DNA of 64,000 bases from contig CAJNYD010000571.1 of the NCBI GenBank assembly GCA_905331295.1, forward strand, positions 1-64,000. Direction: 5' to 3'. Both the position numbers and the translations under genes were made by a program. The stretch is from Rotaria socialis (taxonomy: Eukaryota). Below the pieces are notes generated by a model. That model was not told the DNA's origin. It saw only the letters and a program-made list of their open reading frames with translations, and searched no databases. Positions 53,951 to 64,000 of this stretch are shown one piece after another (the first letter of the stretch is position 1; each line of letters opens with the position of its first letter).

Positions 53951-56334
53951 GAACGATGATGAGAAGAGAAAATGTCTTTAATAGACATTAAATGGAACAT
54001 GTTACTACAATTTATACTGAATGAACAATGTGAAAAGGCGTGACGCAATTTTTTTGACAATTTTCTAATATGCGAAAGAAGAAGAAGAAAAATGGGACAG
54101 CCAGTGTCTCTTACACGTGTTTCATGTCTTCATTACAGTGTACTAACTCTTCGATTTACTGAAGAGCTCTCTTTCTCGCCTCTCTAGTTTTTTGTCGGTT
54201 TATTCACGGATCCGTAGGGTCAGCGGAAAAGGAGTGAAACAAAGGACTTACTCTTTTAATAAAGGATAATTATGAGCAATATGTGCATTGAATTAGAAGG
54301 GAAAAAAGGATTCCTCTGTTCTTTAGTTAATACGATTATATTCTCTTTTTCTTGTTCACATCAGAGAGAAAAAGCACATCAATTTTTTTCTGGGATTTTT
54401 TCACACTTGTTTAAATATTGTCAATGAGAAAAAATCCTCTATTCCTAACATCTGCAATAGACTAGGGTGTTTGTTTCTGCTTTAAATGTTCCTCTTGTTC
54501 ATAGAAAGTTCTAGGTCATTGTAGAATTCAATGCGATCTGGGAAAAAATAACGCATACCAAGATAATTAAATGTAAAGTACTACCTGGTTTACGTTGATA
54601 ATGCCACTACGGCCGCTCTATGTATGTTTTAAAAAGATTTGAGGAGATTTTTTTTGTCACTTTCCTTTTTTTTTATAGAAATGGGAATATGATTTGTATT
54701 TGTGCAGAGAAAAAAAGGTGCCATCGGGTGATTAATATTTATTTTGGCTTCGGAGAGTCTACTTAATTTTCTTTCTCTTTTTTTAATGAATAACAATAAT
54801 ATGTAAACACTCGTAAGCAAGAAATACTTATTATCCGAAACGATGCCATTGATTATAATTGAAATTCTATTGTTCAGAAGGCTTTTGCATATTTGAATTG
54901 TATTTTTTTTATATTACACTTTCAAATTATTGAATATTTGCTGATTCTTTAAAGAGAAAAAAGCATAATGATTTCGTATTAGTTGAAAAGAAAAAGACAT
55001 TTATCGGTATTCTTTCGTAATCTACTCCTCGTCAACTAATTTTTATACTATTTCTGTAACTTGTATTAAAACCGAATTGAAAAGTTTTTGTGTTTTTTCT
55101 ATCTAGCTTTTTTTTTGTTGAGCATCTTATAATAGACTTTGGTGGAAAGAAAAACATTTTATTTTCATCTGAGAATATTCAAGATCAAAGTCTACATGTT
55201 CGCGTGGTAAAAATCCACTTAACTTTTCTAGATCATTCGCTTCTCTATTTTATCGAGTACATCTTACGAAAAATTCAAACTGAATAATCTTTGCAAATGA
55301 GTCCCAATATATTTATACTATTTTATGTAACAAAAATAATAAATAAGTAAACGATGGCGTATTTCAGTATTTTTAAATCGTCTACCAGAAAAAAAAATAT
55401 TAGCTCTCATTTGCAGACTGTTGACGAAGAAAATAATCGAAATGAAGAGAAAAAAGGTTTGCAGAAACATACCCATCATAGAACCCTTCGGGGCGTAAAC
55501 ACTTTTATTTTGAAAGGTTTCAATTTGTTCACTATTAGCAATTTCAAATCCTTAAAGAAAAATCGACGACCTATTTGTTGTCATGCTGTCGAGGTTATAT
55601 CAACAGCAACGTGAATAAAAACTCAATGGAAGAAATGACTAATGAATGTGTAAATAATAGACTTTCTCTTTTTGAATATGTCTACACAAAAGAAAAAGTA
55701 TTCGTTCACTTAACTGCCAAGGATATATTTAAAACACGAAAAAAAAACACGCAGACGTCATTATATATTTTAGTTCTCTTGACATTATTCTCTAACTAAA
55801 ATAGCTGTGCCAATTATTTCTTTGTAACTAATTTTCTTTTTGATAAACAAATAATTCATACGAATGAATAACAAAAAGACTAGAGGAAAAAAAGAAAACA
55901 AAACGACAAGTAAATAATGCGAACCTTTACCCTTCAAAAGACTCATCATCCGTGACGAGATATTGCTTGACTCGTTTACATGTAAACAATGCTTACCGCG
56001 TGACATATTGTGTATTCGATAAAAAAAATATTATTGAACGCTTTCGATATCGTAAGTTTTATTTATGCTAATATGAACAATAATAGCAAAAATAATAATA
56101 ATAAACTTTAAGTACAATTTACGTTATGAATAAACATATGGCATGATAAAATAACTTAAAAACTTATATTTTAGATAGTTTTCAAGTGACACCTATTCAC
56201 GACACGTGCTCGCCCGGATGTCAGTTTTGCATGAGTGGATATACGCAGGGAGGGACAGTGCAACGCTATTACGATCTATCTTTTTTGCAATCGATCACAT
56301 ATGTAGATAGTAATTATTTTTTTCTGTGACTTAC

Positions 56335-56350
56335 TCGTTATGTCCTTCAT
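56335..56350 (-). CDS. Candidate first coding micro-exon of the SKI-like gene
   Basis: AAAATGAAGGACATAACGA|GTAAGT: ATG in an A-rich context, consensus donor, phase 1 compatible with the acceptor before 52498. Confidence 0.35.
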
Positions 56351-59300
56351 TTTTTATGATTGAAAAACGATTGATCTAAATAAACGACTAATTTTCTTTC
56401 GTCTTGCCTATATCGTTTCGATAATGAAAATGATAGTAACTTCCGGTGTAAATGTGTTACGCGCCTGTTTTGTGTCATGATCGATACTGATTTTTAAAAA
56501 GGACCAACGCTCGCCTACGAATATATCTGCAGGTGCGCATTGATGTATAAATAAATGTACACCGATGCGTGAGAAAATGAAACAGCCGCGTAATGTAGAT
56601 AAAAAAATCACGGCGAAGAATAGAGACAATACTGCGACTAAAAAAAGAAAATAACTAATAATTACAGTCAATAGCAAAGATGAGGTTTGCCAAACTATGA
56701 GTGTGAACGTCACAGCCAATCATTAAAAATTCTATTTTGAGGAAAAAGTCAATTATAATGAAACAAAAGAAGCAACTTATTCAGTTTTCCGTTGTTTATT
56801 GTTTCTACAAATAAAACAAACACTTCAGTCCTTTTATTTCTCAGAGTATTCAAAATAATGACGAACGAAAAATCAATTTTCTTTACTTACATAGGTTTTT
56901 TTGAGAATGTAAAACGAATAGTCTTATCTTTGTGTCCACTGTCATATGATAAGGGAGAATTTTCTTCTCTTTCTCACATTTTTATTTATATATGAAGATT
57001 ACACAACTCAAGGGCATTTATCAAATTTCATGTTTTATCTTCCATTGCGATTTGGAGTGCATTTTGTACGCATAGAAGGAGCTGCTAAAGCCCTACTGAC
57101 CTCTGTACTGTTACAAACTGAAGTGAATGTTTGCTTTAATGTGTTTTTTTTTCGTTAAAATTAAGAATGATAAGATAAGAAGAAACAGTATATGTGTAAG
57201 TCTTTGGATTTTATAATCATAGCTAGAATATCTTTCAAAACAGAAGCACTTATATATCATTGATATACTATGATACTAAAAGCAAATTCTTATTCTTTAA
57301 GTAAATAACTGATCAGTAACGTCTATGTTATCGTTTACATGATGATTTCTTATCTAATCTTTGAAAAATTTTCATATCATACTCTTCGTCTTGGCCTTTT
57401 CTTTCCTTTTTTGTCTAATCATTGAAAATGATGCAAAAACTAGTCAATGTTCTTAGTCATCTATTTTCTATTTTAGCATTCACTTACAAGATTGCGGCGT
57501 ATACAACATATTGAATTGCTATTTCTTTCTTTTTCTTCTTTTATCAAGGACAGTTGATATTCATTGCATAAAATCAGCTTTACTACAAGCATACGTACTT
57601 CTATTCACCGGCTTTTATATTCTCAAACAAATATGTCTAAGAGTGCATTATTTGTTACTGGTAGAAATAAAAGCAGTGTTTGAAATACGTTTATATTGAG
57701 AATAAAAATCTATACGGAGTAATATGATTCAATTTTATTTGTTCGAATGAAGAGAAAATAAAAGGGAAAAAGAACTGTTAAAAGCTATATATTATCGCTG
57801 AAGATTTGCCGAAAGTTATTTTTACACGTATTTAGAAACGTTTTTCGTGTACTTCTACATAAATCGGTCATTCTTTCGTCTTGAATGTTTTACTGTTTGA
57901 TTTATACTCATTCATCAATTGTATACTTATTGGTTCTCAGATACTTCTCTGCACTATTTACTCTTTCAAAATAAACGCTGAATTAAATTTTTGAAAATAG
58001 AACAACTCTGTCTTTATACATGGCATACAAAAATGAGGACAAAGAAATTGCTACTATTGAAAACTTGCCTTCCGTCTACAGTAAAATGGGATTCGTAACG
58101 TCGTTGTTTTGTTTTATATTTTTTCTTTTTCTCGCTACTTGAAATTTTCTCTTTTTCTCACCGTATGGCATCAAATTACGAGTATTTATGGATGCTAAAG
58201 ATTGATTGTGCCCTTCGCTAGTGTATTTTACTAATCTTTTTTGGCTCATTTCATATCAACATTTTTATAACAAATGATAGTGATAAAAGAAAACAAATCG
58301 TGTTCTATAACTAGTTCTTCTAACACTGAACATGCATTATCTATTCATTTTTAATGAACAACACAGACTGGACATTAATTTGCACGAGGTCAATTTCATA
58401 TGCAGATTTTAATCATCCATGTACTCAACGATAAGACTTAGCATGCAATGATCCAAATGAACAAGACGTAAAATTGAATTCATTTGGCTTCGTTTGACGA
58501 GGCGTGATTTTGTTTTATGACAATGTCATCTCTAATGCTTCCACAGTTTTTAAAAATTTTAAAAAGGCGTTAAAAAATAACAACCGTGTAATAACAAACG
58601 AGAGCGAACTCAAGCGATAAAATATTTTTGAAGCAAATAGAATCAAAGCAGTTTTCATACGCTTTTATTATAGGTAACAATAACTAGCGACAAACTTGAG
58701 GTTCTTATATAATAATAAATATTTCTCATCATTAAAAGTTCCGCCACTTATAATCGAGTGAAAGCTCTTATTTTTAAAGTGTTCTATAACAAGCCACTAA
58801 TACATCGAACTTACAGTATTTTTTTAATATCTTTCGAATGCTCTTCAAGGATGTAAAAAAAAACACCTGTGTGTATTTTAGGCATTTTCTAGTAGCAACT
58901 ATAAGGTAATAGAAAGTTTTGATATATGCGTACTTTTAAATACGATTGTATCACAATACTTCAAAGTATCTTATACGTTTTGTCTTGTTCAACAGTCATT
59001 TTGCGTAAATTTAATTTCAAGTTTACAATCTTTTTTTTTATATACTCTAGTAGAATACCGAACGATCTTAGGAAATCGATAGGAAATCAAATTTTTGTTG
59101 AGTAAAAACAGAAATGAAAACTTTTGTTGTATGCAAATATCAGTTTTATGCTATGCATTTATTCTAATAATAATTATGTTATATTAAAAAAAGAAATAGA
59201 ATTGCACTAAATGAGAAAAAAACGAATTCTGTTCGTCTCGTTTATTTTTGTTTTAAGTACCATAAACGATTACTTTCTTTTCTCATTCCTATAATCAATC

Positions 59301-62300
59301 GTATAATTGGAAAATTATAGTAGAAAAGAAAATGGACTCTATCTGCATAGATTTGTATTGAAAAGAAAATGTTAATGTATTCGTGATTTATTCAAAACGT
59401 TTTCAGACGGTATTATATTCGTGCATGAACAAGAAATGACCTGAATAAATAAGTTCTTTAAAAAAAACGAGTCCAACGCAACCTGTGATTAGCGTCGTTT
59501 TTTTTCTCATTCTGCCATTCATGTTCGAATATACTGAATAGCGTCTTGTAAAGCATCTATTTAGCATTAATAACTAACTGAGCACAAGCTACTTTGAAGA
59601 TGCTGCTTATTAACGACTGCTGTGAGACTACACTAAGTACTTCAATCCCATAGCGGTACTACGTTTTGTCAAAAAAGAACACATAATATGGTTACTGAGG
59701 AAAAACTTGACCTGTACGAAACCGAAACGTACAGAATTAATAAATAAGATTAAGAAAAAGAAAATACATGTTCATATAATATTGCTAAATATGAAATGAT
59801 GATGTACTCTAATGTCTATTAGTTTAAATCAATTCAAATAGAAAAAAAAGCCTATAGTTATCATTCGTCGAATGCATTTTTTTTAAATTGATCGATTTCA
59901 TGCGTGGATTTTGAACTCGAAGGGGCCTGCAAAGTGTAATATAAACGCGTATCGTAAAACAAAAAATACATACAATGAACTGAATTTCATATAGATTAAT
60001 TGTATGATGAAACTTGTACAAAAAATTTATAATCTCAATTGAAAAAATAATAGTTAATATCAATTGAAGACCTTCTTTTCTGTATTTGTGCATCGAAAAA
60101 TTCTACCTTGTCTTTATCTAAACTAATACCCTTATAATAAACGTGATAAATAGAAGCATACAGGATTTCTTAGTGCGCTCTTCTATTAGCTTCGTTAATC
60201 CTTATATGTTTCTTTCAATTATATCACTTTTTACGTGTATTATATTTCAGTATTCTTTCAAGTAAATTCTCTTTTTTTCATGATGAATAAGAACCTTAGT
60301 ATTTAATACTGAGATATTATTTATTTCTATTTTTTTATAGTAGCTCAACAGTCTAATTCTTCACAACTGTGTGACATATATAAATAGTTTCCATCACGAA
60401 AAAGAAACATACGGGCGTATTGCTTTAATTCAAAGGTGGGATTTTTATATTTTCAAATGTAAAGAATACAAAATTTTTGTTTTGATGATGAAATAGAATT
60501 GACATCCGAAGAAAAGCAGAATAATGAAATACATTTACGTGTTAAAATTGGAAAGAAGCGATGATAAATGATTGCTAACAATGGCACGATCTCTCATTAG
60601 TAAGATTAATTAAACAGCTATGATATGTACTTGCTAACTTCTTTTTTCGAATATGAAGGATTTCAAAGTGAAATGTTGTTTACCAGTTCAACCGTTAGAA
60701 TAATATTCTTCTTTTATACTTCAAGAATTTATTAGGCTTTCTTCCATCGCTTAAAGTAGTTATTTATTCTAAATTTGTTTTTTGAAGTCTCTCATAAAAT
60801 ATCTGCTTCTATTTACTTACATACTTCAAATGAATATTTACCAGATAGAATAAAATATTTACTTCGTTGTTACAATTTACTAAAATAATTTTGCATTTCG
60901 CAATTTACTTAAATGTTCAATCTTAGGATTAAACTTTGGCTTATATGATTTTTTAACTTTGGCCTTTTTCAATGCTTCGTTTCATTAGATATCATAGAAT
61001 GCGTACTTTCATCCATTTAAAACAATATTATTAACAAAAACTTATAATCTACATCAATAAATAACAGAGATGAAATGGTTTATATTATCGTAGTGGAGAA
61101 AAAATTGAAACCATAAATTCACCGAAACCTATTGATCCCCTTTGTTGTCTAGTTTTAGTTTCATTTGAATTAGTTATACAATATAATTTAGTGCATCCCA
61201 TGAGCTCGAGAATAATAACACGCAGTAAAAATAAACTTGCGAAAGTAAAGCTAATCTTTTGTTCTGACTGATAGATACTTATTTAAAGTAAATAGCAAAC
61301 GTTTTCGCTTAAGATATGAAGGACGAATTTTAATTTGCTGTTGAAAAAATCTACTAGCACAATCCTTCTAGGATTAAAATGTGAAATAAAATTTAGCAGC
61401 TGCTATTAATCATAGGGCGATCGGTTTATTTCATCTATTTCAAGACGTCTTATTGTTAGTTAATCCTTCCGAAATACGATAAGAAGATATTATAACGAGA
61501 TGATACTGATGTACAATCGGAGATCCTATATCAACATCTGTGACGGTCTTTGAGGAAAGCTCGAATCGTTTTACGTATACTGCATCACTCATTTTACATC
61601 TTTTGTCAGAAAGGATTTCTTTAATTAGTTCAACAAGATTCGCGAGACTTTCTGAATGATACTACAGAAATCGTTCTTTCGATATGCGTAGAATTGGCCG
61701 AAAGAAAAAACGTCAAATTTAAAAGCACAACGATGAATACTCCTACAGATTGTTCATATAGAATTGTTGAAAAGCTGGGCTTACACTCTATCTATAGCAT
61801 TTTTCACATTTTTTACTTTCGACGTTTTTTCTTTCGGTCAATTTGATACCATTCGTTCTTTGTGACCTTTTGACTTACATTTCACTCGACATCTCTAATA
61901 TTGAACCACGTCAAACAGTAACCTCTTGGTATAACTTATTTTAGATCCAAAAAGTAAGTCTCTAAAAAGAATTTCCCTTATTCGAAAATTAGTCACATAG
62001 TTTCGTCAGACTAGTACATTTTCCCGTGTATTACTAGCATATTATTTCTACCGTTTAATTCATTTTATGATACACCAATATACATCATACATTTTAATCA
62101 AATAGATTTAAAGATGAACAATCATACCACTATAATTATTATAATCTGAAATTTACAAGTTCATCTTTTTAAACATACGAGGCCACTCTTTGGCTGGTTA
62201 GGAAAAAGTTTACAGGGAAAAATAACTTGTTGTAGAAGAAAGAAATGTTACACTAGTGCTTATCGTAACTTCTTCTGTCTGCCCTCTTTTTTTTCTATTA

Positions 62301-62806
62301 TTCTTTGAAAGTATAATTAGAAAGGAAAAAAAGATCAACCTGTTAACTAGACAACCATCGAAGTGTGATAATTCAAATACATCTTCAACATTCGTTTGTA
62401 TTTATGCATAACGCATCTCTTCTTCTATGAGGTCATATATCTACGATCATTTTACTTCATGATACTTTAACTGTCTCTATAACCTGTCGGATGAAAATCT
62501 TCGATATTATATTTTTTTCAAACTTCTACGCTAATTAACGTCCATGCGCCGCTATCCTATGTTAGCCGAAGCATCAAAACGAAACAAATCGATATGTTGT
62601 AATTCACCTGACATATAAATCGTCAATACCTGCTTTTTTTGTTTTGGCCTTATTTGCCTAAAAGAGAGAACGAAAAAAAAGAGGAAAAAGACGGGGATCA
62701 CGTTTGTCTTTGTGTGATCACTGTGTCGTTCACGCGTGACAGATTCAATGCGGGTATCTTTTTTATTGCTTACTCACATACAAAAAAAGCGATTTTCATA
62801 TTAAAT

Positions 62807-63382
62807 ATGTCAATCGAAGATATCGACGCAAAAAGTGTTCAACAATTCGATCCTTATCGTGCTACTGGTCTCTGGCATATCATAGCGACTAATGATAATA
62901 TGTGGAAAAGCAAACTAACTCCTACAATAACTTATAGTATTCATGAAAATTTGCCAGATGGGCGCGTTCGCATGAATAATCTTGTTGAATATTATAGTAA
63001 ACAACTTTGCGTTGGCTATCGTCCGACGAGTATAGAAGGTATTGACACTCAAGTATCAATTAAACCAAGTCGTTATCAATGGCGAGGTAGCGGTATACTG
63101 AAACTCTTTACTAACGAATCGGGTTTCATTTTTGTTGATAACGAAACAGCACCTGATCGACCTTATCAGTGGATAGCAAAAATATATAGCCCAACAATTT
63201 TTTCTAGCGGTGGAATCGATTTAATGACTCGTACACGACACCCACCGACACATGTACTTAATGATTTCGTACAATTTTGTCGAGACGACTCCGTAATAAG
63301 ACCGAGATCGGCGAATATGTTTTATACTCGAGAAAAAGCTGATAATGAAATTTATTATATAAGAGATCTTCAATTAGATTAA
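62807..63382 (+). CDS. Intronless lipocalin-like protein, 191 aa
   Basis: FDPYRATGLWHIIATN (lipocalin GxW motif), SIEGID, YQWRGSGILK, PTIFSSGGIDLMTR; ATG 62807 preferred over the TTG start in the ORF track; no signal peptide evident. Confidence 0.8.
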   Translation: MSIEDIDAKSVQQFDPYRATGLWHIIATNDNMWKSKLTPTITYSIHENLPDGRVRMNNLVEYYSKQLCVGYRPTSIEGIDTQVSIKPSRYQWRGSGILKLFTNESGFIFVDNETAPDRPYQWIAKIYSPTIFSSGGIDLMTRTRHPPTHVLNDFVQFCRDDSVIRPRSANMFYTREKADNEIYYIRDLQLD

Positions 63383-64000
63383 TAAGAAGTAACGGAAACA
63401 AAAAATACAATCCTTCAGTTTTTCTATTAAATATTATTTGTATTTTTTTTAATTCATCGATTTAAAAAGTCGCGAGATTTCTCAACTAATAATTTCTTTT
63501 TCGATTTATGTGATAAATATTACCGTTATTGTTGTTTCTTTTTTAAATAATAATTTTTTATAATTCTATGTAAACAAGAAAAATTCTAACTATTGCTTTG
63601 TTTTAATAATTTTCACATTTTCTCCACAAAAACCACCAAATATTTATGAACAATCGAATTAGATTTCATAAAACACAAAATAAATTGTTCGTTCAATATC
63701 GATAATTTTAATTAAAAAGAAAAATACGAATTATTGATCGCAAATATACAATTAAATTTGGAAAAGTTTCTATTGCAATTTTTAGTAGAATTTCTTTTTA
63801 TTAGATTTTCTCTTCTTAATAGAAAAATGAAATCATAAATCTTTCTTTTTCGACTCATACTCATTAAAATTCGTAGACACTTCAACTATGCATAATCAAC
63901 AGATATTTACAATTCATACCTAGCTGTGCACAACTGAATTAATATTATAAAATCTCATCATCGACTAATAGACAAGCGGGTCTATTGATTTACTTTTTTT

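Noticed and set aside
1..64000. CRISPR arrays, prokaryotic defence operons, rRNA or tRNA genes
   Set aside because: No regular repeat-spacer array, operon structure or recognisable structural RNA gene was seen; the sequence is spliced eukaryotic DNA.

Overview
AT-rich eukaryotic genomic DNA with many short (about 50-65 nt) GT-AG introns; the gene families and repeats point to a bdelloid rotifer (inference, no search run). The first 15 kb is mostly decayed genes and non-autonomous DNA transposons, plus an inverted duplication of about 950 bp flanking an assembly gap (N 4836-5751) that carries a small spliced gene. From 14 to 52.5 kb I reconstructed spliced genes by hand: an RFX pseudogene fragment, a TM-KH-KH protein resembling TDRKH/Papi without its Tudor domain, Max, an FGD-like RhoGEF, an EF-hand/proline-rich protein, Inturned (with a candidate X-box), a protein resembling the MYPT C-terminus, a secreted protein with two divergent VWA-like domains, an unknown gene with one in-frame stop, and a SKI-like gene whose two domains are far apart. 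About 10 kb of non-coding DNA follows, then an intronless lipocalin-like gene that may be horizontally acquired. No CRISPR array, rRNA, tRNA or operon-like system was seen. The best leads are unusual domain architectures and the HGT candidate. All family assignments are by eye from remembered motifs.
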